Shown: one piece after another, positions 38,999 to 51,717 of the stretch
Layout of the letters: every line of letters starts with the position of its first letter
Position numbering within the stretch: position 1 is the first letter of the stretch
Source: Eledone cirrhosa
Lineage: Eukaryota
Direction of reading: 5' to 3'
NCBI GenBank assembly: GCA_964016885.1
Contig: OZ024740.1
Coordinates: forward strand, 56,544,001 to 56,608,000
DNA: 64,000 nt
The notes under the pieces: model-generated
The model's database searches: none
What the model was told of the DNA's origin: nothing
What the model saw: the letters and a program-made list of their open reading frames with translations, nothing else
Translations under genes and position numbers: made by a program

Positions 38999-41900
38999 GT
39001 AAGGAAGTTACATTCTTTTTGATATTTTTTTTGTTTTCCAAAATCATATGTAATTAGTCACGCTGGGGAATTAGACCCACTCTATTGCATGTATTCTAGT
39101 AAAGTTTCCTGTCTGAGGATAACGTCTTTCCTTCTATCCACCACTGTCAGAGTTTCTGAAAAGGTTCATGGACAAGAGTCTGCCACCAATAAGCTCCATT
39201 AACTAAGCGATAAAAATATTAAGGAAACCGCCTAATTAAGCAGACCTATTTTACCTAGAACTACATTAACCAATGTGTTTATTTTAAGAACCGTGAGAGA
39301 AATTCGACTACTATTTCTAACATATCAAGATACAATATAGAGGCTCTTCTGTTGATCAAGCTTATCGTCGTATTCAAATGAATAGATTTTTTTAAACTAT
39401 AGAATACAGAAATTGTGACTATACGTTTTCATGCTTCATCCTGCTATGAAATCGTGTAGGTTATTCTTCACATAAAGGGGATAGATTGTTAATTTCGCTT
39501 CAGAATTAAAACTAGTGTAGGCGAGTCCTTAAAGTCAACAGGAAAATCAATTTAAATATTCAGTTATATACGTTTTATCACGGCATCTGTCTTACCATCC
39601 TCCGTGTTAATGCATCCGCCATTCTGTCCACATCAGCAGAAAGCAGGAACACACTTAAATGTGGTGCTGATTCGTAAATCATATGTTAATATCAAATTTA
39701 AGGCAGAGTCATTAGAACGTCGGATAGAATACTAAGTGGTATTCTTTTTGACTCTCTGCCCCCAGAGATCAAATCCTGCCGAGGTCATCTTTGCCTTTCA
39801 TCCATTCGAGGTCGATAAAAACAAATGTACCAGTCTAGCACCAGGGTAGATCTTTCCTCTATATCTCTTTCTCACTTCCATTCTCTCACTAATCCCATCC
39901 TTCTCTGAAAGAAATCTGCCGTTTTCAGACATGGAGAGTATTGGGCTCCGCCAATGTCTATACAGCGCCCTTACGACTCCTTCAGGAGTTACGAGACCAT
40001 GCATTCATGCAATATAAAATTTAATCGCCAAAGCTGAGCCACTTTTCTTACAAGTTAGTTAACTGCAACAACATTTACAAGAGTTATTTCCCCTAGAGCG
40101 CTTGCGAGAAAATATAACTTGGGGAATCTAAGATATATATATTTTTTTAATTGGAATTATGTAAGTCAGTTATTTTTCAGTATTGTTCCTTGGAATCTGT
40201 AATAACAGCTGAGGTAAACGAAAGGATCCTTTTAGTTAAAAAGACCTAATTGATGCCAAAAACTCGACGAAGGTTAAACTGTAACGGCATTTATAAGAGT
40301 TACCTCCCCTGCGAGAAAATATCCAATGCAATCAAGTGCTTTCTCACCACTGTTGGAGAAAACCCTTCCTGGGTTTCTCTTTCATTCTGGTCATGTAAAA
40401 GGTGTAACTGTACTCACCACGCTTGGCCATTTGTGGTTAGGTGAGGCCATAATTTAATCCATAGTTGGGGTGGATGGCCGTTGATTCTAAGGAATTCATC
40501 CGCCCTTTTTGCAGCTATTGCTTTTGGTGGTGCTCAGGTTCCACATATCCTACTCACCAGACCAAGGTCTAGCGGGGGAGCCGGTTAAGTTGCTGACCAC
40601 ATGGATATGAAGGAGGTTGTACTGAGTTACATGGTACCAGTAGCAAGCAGAAGCCAGACCTGGCCTAGTATATTTAGGATATTTTTTTTACAAATTGGAA
40701 TTATGTATGTCCACGTTATTTTTATTGTTTTGGTTATTGTTCCACGGAATCTGTAATAACATCTGAGGTAAACAAAGGAATCCTTTTAATTAAATAAATC
40801 AGGAACTCGGCGGATTGTTGTCATTATTTCCCGACTTTCTTACGTAAAACTCAGGGCTCTAATAGTGTAGGTTCAAATTCTGTGCTGAAATCACTTTTTA
40901 AGAATTCATTGACGACACAACTATCATTGACGATACGACTATCATTTACGTGTTTCATAAGAAGCAAGATAAGAATTCCTTATCCTCTAAAAATCATTAT
41001 TTATTCAATTATCCAACTTACTATCTATTTAATGTTTCACAGTTTTGTTCACCACTAAAATACTTGGATAATATTAACAATTTTGAATAACATAAATTAG
41101 TAATAATTGTTTCTACATTTGGCACAAGGCCAACAATTAACCAGTGCATTACTGGTACTTTATTTTATCGACCCCGTAAGGATGAAAGGCAAAGTTGACC
41201 CCGGCAGGAATTGAACTCAGACTGTAAAGGGCCGTAACTATTAGTAATAATATAAACTAATAATTGTTTCTACTTTTGGCACAAGGCCAGCAATTATTCC
41301 AGTGCATTACTGGTACTTTATTTTATCGACCCCGTAAGGATGAAAGGCAAAGTTAACCTCGGCAGGATTTGAACTCAGACCATAAAGGGCCGTAACTCTT
41401 TGCTGCAAAGTAAGGCGTCCGACCCTCTACCGATACTGCCAATCCACCTAATAATTGTTTCTACTTTTGACACAAGGCCAGCAATTACCCAGTGCATTAC
41501 TGGTACTTTATTTTATCGACCCCGTAAGGATGAAAGGCAAAGTAAACCTCGGCGGGATTTGAACTCAGACCGTAAAGAGACGTAACTATGCCTAATAATG
41601 TTAGTGAATAAGCAACAAGGCAATTTCTACTTTGTTGCTTGATCTAATAGACGTAGCAGCTACATCTTTCTTAATTAACATTCTCCCAGCTTATCAAAAG
41701 AAGTATACATGACATACGTTGTTGAACACCATAGATTTGACAACAGATTTACGGAGTCTAAGGACTAATCCTACAGCTTAAAACAATGTTTTTAAAAATA
41801 GGAGAGCAGAGATTAGATAAGATAGATCTGATACAATGTGTGCCTGAAGAAAAGATGGTATGATCACATCAAGAATTCCTATTACACAACACACCCGCAA

Positions 41901-44900
41901 CAACATATATTTGGGAACTGAAAACATCTCCTGACCCAACAAGGGAATCTAAGTGTGGCTGGTCGATCTGCAAGAAATAGCAACCGAGTGTTCCTCAAAT
42001 TACATTCAAATGTCTTCAAGAAGCAAAAGTATAAAAGTAAATAATATCAATAAATAAATAAATAAAATAGAATAACAACTTAAAAATATAATCTTGATGA
42101 TTTCTTTATTGGCTACTAGGACCGAAAATATTATAGTAATATTAAGACAGGGACAGTGAGGGTTGGCATATAAAAGTGTGTAAAAATAGATAATAAATAG
42201 ATAAGTAACAAAAAACGAAAAATTCGAAATAAAAGAAATCCCACTCATCCAAACACAGCCCTCAACACCAAGGGCAGCATAGAAAAGTGCCCCCCTCCTT
42301 TTTCTCTCTCTGCTCTCTTCTGTCTACATAGGCCTATTCACTTGGAGCATCCTCATAACATTCACCCACCTTTAATCCATTGTACTGAGGGACAGCATTT
42401 CTCTCTCGACTCTCACCTTCCTTTCCAAATTGTGAAAAGGTCGTTGAGGGCTTGGCCAAAGAGAAATGTGTCAGTCTGCAGTCCTTTCAGTCTCGTCCAC
42501 CACACAACCCCTTTCGGCATAGCCACAAGACAATGGAAAACTGATCGTCTCGATGTAGTCGGCCGATAGACGGATACGTCCTACACGTGACGATAGCTGT
42601 TCGACAAAACTCCACAAGTCAGCAATAATAATAATAATCCTGGCATTTGACAGAGACGGCACAGTACTGAAATAATAATAATTGTTCCTACAAGGTCAGC
42701 AATTTGAAGAGGAGGGAAAACTGTATTAAATCGTCCCCAGTGCATTACTGGTGCTTTATTTTATCGACCTCGTAAGGATGAAAGGCAAAGCTAACCTCAG
42801 CGGGATTGAACTCAGAACGTAAAGGGTCATAACTCAATGCCGCGAAACAGGGTGTCCGACGCTCTACTGATACTGCCAATCCACTGCTCTAGCAATAATG
42901 ATAATAATAGTTATAATAATAATAATAATAATGATATATACCTAATATATAGCTCACATTTCAACTGCACTTGATCGTCAATTAATGAGGAGCACTACAA
43001 AACGGAGCGGACTCTCGGTAGGCTTTTCTTTCAAACACTGACTAAAGAACTATCTCTTGGCCACTTTCATTTCTCCTTTCATTCACTCTCTCAATCTCTC
43101 TATCTTTATTTAGGGTCATTACGACTTAGGTATATCTCCATCTCGCAAAGTTCACGCACCTTTTAGCAAATGTAGTGTTTGTGGTATGTGTGGTGTCTGC
43201 GTTTCTGTTGTGTGTGTGTGAGATATCAAAGGTTTTTTCTTTACCTTTTGTTTTCGTTTCTGTTTCTGGGTCTTTGGGATTACCACTCGTTTTTTCGCTT
43301 CGAGAAGTGGAGGTCCTGGTGTCTGTTTCAGATTTTGGTGGGCGATTATCTTGGGGTGATTGTGTTTCTGTGCGTATTTATGTGTGAGCTTTTCTCACCT
43401 TCTCCTTGGGTTTCTTTGTTTCAGTCTGCCGTACTTATTGGCAGTGGTGGTTTATCTGCTGCCGTTGCTGCTGCTGGGCCTCTTGATTTTGTTGTTGCTA
43501 CCGGTGATGGATTTATTGCGGCACTGCTGTTGGCAGCAATGGATGTTTGCGGCCTCCTGTAATTTTCATCTAAGGACAAAAGGCTCACAGATCTGTGAAT
43601 TCACTACAAACGAAACCGTGTGGCTATTTGCCCTCAGTAACCACTTGAATTTCGTACTCATTCTGTAGGGTTCACATGGTCTGGGATATTATTGATGTCT
43701 TCGAGTATGATTTGGAGAAGAATCTCCATCGAGTATGATTTGGAGAAGAATCTCCAAACCAGTCAAGGACCATTTCTCGCTCTTTGTGAATTTGACGTCA
43801 AGGAGGGTATCAGGGTCCTGCATAGTCACGCATCCCAGGAGCCACGATAAGTCTAGTGCTGGTGGATCCTGGGAAAATGCGAACCTTTACTGTTCTTTTC
43901 GTCATGAAGGACAGGTAAATTACGATTTGGTCCGACTTGCTGGGAACCACCGATTGTTTTAAAGAGCACCGAGATGCTCCCGAATTGTTTGGCCCTTGGG
44001 AGGCCATCTTTGCTTTGCGAGATTGCATCGAAATGTACATATAGTTGAGAATTCACTTCGTTTCTGCCGTAACGGTTATGTTGGGCCACGTCCTTTCACT
44101 TATGATGATTCTTACCGCCTGGGTCAAAACTTCTAATTTACCCGAAATGCCAATTGTATAAAGTGTTTGTGCTTTTGCAGAAGTGGTTTCAAAAGTACTC
44201 TTGTTTCTGCTGCTCTTGGCATCGTTATTTTTACTGCTGTTTGGCTGCTGCTTTTGACTGTTGTTGCTGTTGGCGAGCTGCCCATAGTGGTGGTAGTTGT
44301 AATATTGGAAGCAATGGCGGTGGTGGGATCGGTGATGTTTGTCTTGATGGACTCAGCTGATAGCCGGATCCGTCCTACACGCGACAGCACGTGTTCGTCA
44401 TAAACCCACAAGTCAGCAATGCTCGGACACTGGACGAGTGCGTGCAGGACGGTTCGTCGCTCTGCGCGCATCTCGGACAGTCCCGGCTGACGGCACTTCC
44501 ATGCCTGTAGAGTTTATCCTGAACTGGCAAAGCTCCTCGGTAGCACTGCCAGGCCAGGGATTTCTGGAAGCTGTCCATGGGCCCCAGCCCGAAAGTTCTC
44601 CCGAAGAGATTGGCTAGTTGATTTTCGTCGACGCCCTGAGTCTCCCCAAGGACGTCATCGCTCTTTCCCTCCACTAACCCTCTATAGAACGCCAAGGTGG
44701 AGTTTCCACCGATAGCATTGCCCGATTTGTCGAGGTCTGTAAGCGCCTGAAGACATTCCAGTTTCCAAGCTCTTCCTTTCGGTCTTCGCTTGACGCAGGA
44801 CCGCAACTCCGTCAAGGAGACGAGCTGGGGAAATACGCGTCTAGCAAACAGTGACTACACCTGATCACCGTCGAGGAAGAGGTGGAGATGCCGCAGCCTG

Positions 44901-45256
44901 AGCGCATGCTTGCGCATCATCAGCCACGGCATGCCCAGCCCTCCACGTAGCGGGTGTTGACAGTAAACGGACCGCCTGACCATCGGAGCGTGTCCCTTTC
45001 ACAAAAATCGAAAGAGCAAACGCTCCAGCGCAGTCAGGCAAGGCTTAAGACAAGGCAGATCGATCAGGTGGTAGTAGATGGCGGATGTGATGTATGCGTT
45101 CGCCACCTCCGCTCGACCTTTCAGGGATAGCTTCCTCTCGGCCCATTTCTGGGTGAGAGAGGCCACCCTGCTCGTCACCTCACCACAGTTTTTATAATAA
45201 TAATAATAATAATAATAATAGGAGTGAGAGAAGGAATGTGTGTATGTGTGTGTGTT

Positions 45257-45327
<71 letters not shown>

Positions 45328-48300
45328 GGGAGGGAGGGAGAGAGAAGACACACCTTGTATAATGTTTTCTAAGGTATGATCATGGATGGAATGTATATGA
45401 TCAGGTCAGGGCTGGCTTCGAGTTAAACAACAGCTGTTTCAATTATGAGCCTGTGATCTTGAATAAATTTGCAGAAGATTTCATTACATAGAAACAGGAG
45501 AACTTCCAACTTGTAAAAATTAGATAAAATAAAATAAAAAAGGAATAAATACAATCAAGACGAGACATGACAATTCAATAGTAATATACTAGATGGTCAT
45601 TGAATATGATCATGCACGAAAAAACTATTAGTAAATGAGAAATAGGAAGATCACGAATGGGGTAAGTAAACAACAATGAATACATCGGTAGAGACAGTAG
45701 AAAACATGAGGTTATCTGATGACTGAAAAAAGTTTTGTCTTTAGCTGCACAACTACAGTGCCACTTGTGAGTAAAATTAGGTAGATTGAAACATTTAGTT
45801 TGATGGACTGTACCTGTATTTCATTGTAGCACTCTATGTCAATCTGAGTCTCCCTGAGAAATACCTTAAGGATACAAATATCTGTGTAATGCTCACCGAC
45901 TTACCCGTTACTTTTATGGGCCGGCTGTTCCATTGATTGAGCAATTGGAACGTTTGTCTTTGAAATGGAGGTTCATCCCACAGTACTAGATTATGATTGA
46001 AACATGCAAATTAATAATGTATCTAGCACCACTATACCTGGTGTGTTCCTGTGCTTTATGACGTTAGGTGTGATTTGAGGAAGACAACTGTTTTTTATTT
46101 CTTGTAGACTATTGATCAAACTAAGGAATCCGCGTTCGCTTATAGCAATGGTGCAGACAAATAAAGAACGAGTAAAAAACGTTGTATCTTACAGTTATAT
46201 AAACAATGGGTGAGCAAATAGAATTGTTAGAGACGTTAAAACCCAACAAAGAAAATACAAAAGTGTAATGACCTCGTATAAATCTAAAGATGTGTTATGA
46301 ATAGAAAAACTGAAAGACGTTAGCTATGTAATGCCTGCTTTGTCGATTGGTTTAGAAGGCTTTCTGGCGATTTCTATAACGAACACTTCTCCCCTAAAAC
46401 CATCGCAACATCGCTGGTTGTTGCTGATTTTGTTTTAGTCACATATCAGCCATGATTGAGCAGACCTATAAATAATTGTTTCTACGTTTGGCACAAGGCC
46501 AGCAATTACCCAGTGCATTACTGGTACTTTATTTTATCGATCCCGTAAGGATGAAGGCTAAGTCAACCTTGGCGGGATTTGAACTCAGAATGGCAAGGGC
46601 CGTAACTCTATACGTTAGAGAATGGCGTCCGACCCTGTACCAATTCTGCCAACCATCTTTTATTCAGATATAGTGTACACTATCTAATGTGTTCTTACAT
46701 TTTTAAGACGATAGGGTATGGTTTGGAAGATATTTGTTGCTATTTCTAACTATTTTGACTACAATTCTCCGTGTGAATCTCTGCATACGATTGTCTCTCT
46801 GAACACCACACCAGAAACATAAGAATCCGAATAGACACATGATTGTTATCAGATACACATTTCTGTGTCTCTCTCTAAACACAACTACAGTGATATATTT
46901 CTTATCATGTACATTTGTGTTTGTCTCTTTGAGTGTACATAAGTGTATGTCTCTTTAAAAGAAAAAAAGACAGAGAATCTAAGACGAAGAAATATGGTTG
47001 CTATTAGGTACGTTAGTGTGTGTTTCATTGAAATCTAGGACAGAAGCGCATAGTTGTTATTAGACACATTAATATGATGGTTATCGCGTTCGTTGGCATA
47101 CATATCTTTAAGAACTAGGGTAGCTGCAGCATTGTTAATTGATGTTTGTGTCTTTAAGAAACTTCGTAGCTGCATCAATGTTATCACATACATTAGTGTA
47201 CGTCTCTTTAAGCACCAAGGTAGGGGCATCATTGTTATCACATTCATCAATGTGAGTGTATCTGGGAAGAACACAAGACATGCATTTTCTGCTTTCTATT
47301 ACGTTAACGACAACCATCAGGGGAAAATAGCGAGATTCAAACTCAGAATTTACGGGGGAAATACTATTGGGGTCGTATTTGCTGCTGTATTAATGTAATT
47401 ATTGACATATTCTTTCTTTTCCATGAATGTTTGAAAACAGAAATCCAAGATGTCTAATAATCTGGGGATGGATTTGTACTTCAAAAAGGAATTTTTGCAA
47501 ATAACAGGAAGGTATGTGCTGTTGAGGTTGCTTTTTGTGATACGATTTTTATTTATCATTCAAATATGTTAATTTTTTTAATTTTTTTAATTTTTTTTTT
47601 TATAATCAATTTATACATCTGAAAATATATTTCCACACTTATTGATATTTTAATGCATTAATTTTTTCAGACTGATAAATTAGTAACGAAAAATAAATTA
47701 CTTCATTGTTCAATTATATTTAATCAACTATTTTCCATTATTAAAATTATTTGAAAAATAGTTGCACTTAATAACATCGAAGTGCGTAGTTAAAACAGGT
47801 ACACTAGACACATTAAAATAATATCGAGAGGTGGCTATAGCCGATTAGTTCTACATTAGTACACGATTGAACGGCAAAGTTAGCTTTCGGGAATTCCTCT
47901 TCTGTTCATGTCTTTCCTGCAGGTATCGATGTGTGACAATTTATATGGAATGCAAGCGACACCAATCGCTTTAGCAAGTTAAAAAATGGCGATGGAAAAG
48001 TAAGCGCAAGCTTAATTTGATGCCCTCCGCCCTCCGGTACCAGTCTTGATAATGAATGCACTCGCATCGGAGTGGCCCAACGCCTCGGCCTCCGCGTGTG
48101 TGAGCCACACAATAGCCGTTGTGGGGCTGTTGTTGACAAGTTTGACCTGCACCCACTGTCGTGCCACCAGAGCCCAGGCCTGTTCCTCCAACATGCCGCT
48201 CTCAATGACATATTGAGAAGGGGACTGGATGCAGCTGGCTTCTCATCACAATTGGAGCCTGCAGACCTCCAACGCGGAGACGGCAAGCACCCTGATGGAA

Positions 48301-50234
48301 TTACCTTCTTCCCATTCGAAGGTGGTAAATCCCTCATATGGGACGCCACAAGGTGTGACACGTTCTCCCCCTCCAACTTAGTCGCTTCACCTACAAACCC
48401 CATTACTGTGGCCTACAATGCAGAGGAAAGGAAGGCCAACAAATGCCGAGGCTTGTCCGGCTGCTTCCTTTTCACATCGGTAAACGTTGAAACATCAGGC
48501 ATCCTTGGACCCCGTACTGCCAAGCTCCTCCGCTGAATCGGAACGTTAGCAGCCCGTCTAAAGAAGGAGCAACGCAAGGTGGTGTGGCTGTTGCAGCGAG
48601 TGTCGCTGGCCATTGTCCGCGAAAATTCTCCTTTTCCTCACATTTATGACATTTATAGTCCTTTCCTCTAGTTTCCCATACATCCAGATCTACCCTTCTT
48701 TAGCCCTTCCTTCTTTCCTCATTACTTAATTTTATTTTTATCTTTCTTTTTCATATTTCCATCATTGTATAACTTCATTCTATTTTTAATGTTATTTATA
48801 TAACTCTGAAGATTAATAATACTATTATTAACAAATAAAAAAAGAAAAATATTTATTAAATTACCAGATAACGAAATCCATTCCACAGAACTCCATATAT
48901 TGCAGGTGGATGATAGTATTGTTAAAGTTAGGTTATTTGGTTTTGTTCCATTACATTGCGAGTTCAAATCCTGTTCAGTTTCACTTTGAATGTCATCTTT
49001 CCCAATCCGTTGAAACAAGTAACAGCGGATCATAATAGTTTTTTTTTGTAGGTGAAGAGCAGGGGTCGATATAATAGAATATACTCCAGCATAATCTTAA
49101 TCTAAAAACTGAACCTAGAAAATATATAATCAAGGATTACAGTTCGTATCCCTTGTCAGCCATGGTGGTATAAACTTATGGTAAAGACATTCCAGTAATG
49201 ATGTTCCGCCTGTTCAGAAATATGTAGGATTGCATGGATTGGCAGAATCGATAGAGCATCGGACAATATACTTTGATGCGTAGAGTTGTGACCTTTTTAC
49301 GTTCTGAGTTCAAATCCCGCCCAGGTTAGCTTTGCCTTTCATCCTTACAGGGTTGATAAAATAAAGTACCAGTAACGCACTGGTGTCGATTTAGTCGACT
49401 TTCCCCCCACCCTTCAAATTGTTAGCATGTGCCAAATATAGAAACAATTAATTTAATGTATCCGACCTTTTAACAAAGCTATGGTATGTGAAAGAGACTG
49501 CCTAATTGGTTTGTATTTGTTCGTTGGCTCGACAGTTCGTATATACTAATGGTGATGTACAATGGCCATAGCCAATAAAGTTACCTTTAGCTATATATGA
49601 TAATGTATAATAATTCCACTGCTGAACTGCTGGAAACAATGCATTCATTTCACTAGGCGAACTTGCTCACGATCAACTAAAGGGTGAAGAACCTGAAATT
49701 CTGTTCTTTAAATATAATTGTTTCTACTTTAGGAACAAGGCCAGCAATTACCCAGTGTATTGGCAGTATCGATAGAGGGTCGGACGCCATGCTTTGCAGC
49801 ATAGAGTTACAACCTTTTATGATCTGATTTCAAATCCCACCGCGGTTAACTTTGCCTTTCATCCTTACGGGGTCGATAAAATAAAGCACCTTTAATGCAC
49901 TGGGGTAATTGTTGGCCTTGTGCCAAAAGTAGAAACAATTATTTACATAATATTTACATATAAGTTAATGCGAAAATGTTGCTATGTATTTATGAAATCG
50001 TTACTGATGTTTCTTTTCACATTCAGTTTCAAAGAACGAGGAGCTCGTTACACACTTTTAATGTTATCACCGGTGAGTTGTTCATATGACATTATATTTT
50101 ATTGCTTCTAGTTTGTCAAGGGAACCAATATTTTCACTAATTGTTTCCAAATGGCTTATTATTTATTATTGTTTATTATTGTTAATCTTTATTGAAGCTC
50201 TTCCATTTGGTTGACTCTGAATAAACAACAATAT

Positions 50235-50297
<63 letters not shown>

Positions 50298-50766
50298 GGC
50301 ATATCTGTATATATACAATATATATCAATGTAATCTGAGTTTTTAGAATATTAATAATAATATTCGATTCGTTTGCAATCATGCAAACGCTCTCTTTTTA
50401 AGCCATGTCAGTAGAATGACCCCCGTCATTCTTGCACTTGTATTGGCATGTAAACAGAACTAAAGACACTAATGTTTCTGGGTGATTACACTTCATTAGT
50501 ATAGTATTATGCTTACCTGACAACTGTCAGAGCTAGTGAGAATATATGATATTTTCTTAAACATACAGTGACTGATCGGCGTGATTTGCATATTAGCAGA
50601 CCCACTGATTAGCCAGATTTGCATATCAGCAGATAGGCCAGTCAGTCCCGTGTATAAGAGGCTGCTTGCAAATGAATCGAATATTATTATTAATATTCGA
50701 AAAGCTCAGATTACATTTATTGTATTCAGCCATGTAGAGCGATAGACTATTTTTTAGTTATTATAC

Positions 50767-50830
<64 letters not shown>

Positions 50831-50831
50831 A

Positions 50832-50923
<92 letters not shown>

Positions 50924-51684
50924 TGTATGTATATGTGCGTGTGTGTGTGTGTGTACATATAATATGTGTATGTATCCATAATATATAAATGTATATTCTC
51001 TTTTTTTTTGTAGAAATGATTCTACAAGATTAGAACTGTTTCGTTTATATGAAATCATCATACGAACGAAACAGTTTTAGCCCTGTATAAGTCATTTCTA
51101 TATAAAATAATGATGTCTATTATCTACTAACGTATCACATCCCGATGTGGTCACATCCCGATACCCTTCACTCCTTCAGCATCCAACCTGTATATCGCCT
51201 GTCTTACCAGCTAGACACACTCGCCCGCATGCCGGACAACCTGCCTGCCCACATGACACATCCTCATAAACCTTTTTTTTCATACCTACCATACTCTTAT
51301 TTCCCCTAACTATACTATTCCCCGATGAAGGACTCACGTCCGATATGTTGAAACTTTACCTTTCTTTTTCCAATAAATGTGAAACTAATAAGAATTTCTG
51401 TCATCGTATCCCGGTGTCTGTCTTTTTATCTTAAACTATATATGTGTGTGTGTGTGTGGTGTGTTCGTGGGCTTGAGTGTGTGTGTGTGTGGTGTGCGTA
51501 GGATTGAGTGTGTGTGTGGTGTGTGGGCTTGAGTGTGTGTGTGTGGTGTGCGTGGGCTTGAGTGTGTGTGTGTGGTGTGCGTGGGATTGAGTGTGTGTGT
51601 ATTGCGTGATTTGAGTGTGTGTGTGTGTCGTGTACGTGTGGTTGAGAGTGTGTGTGTGTGTGTGGTGTGCGTGGGCTTGAGTGT

Positions 51685-51717
<33 letters not shown>

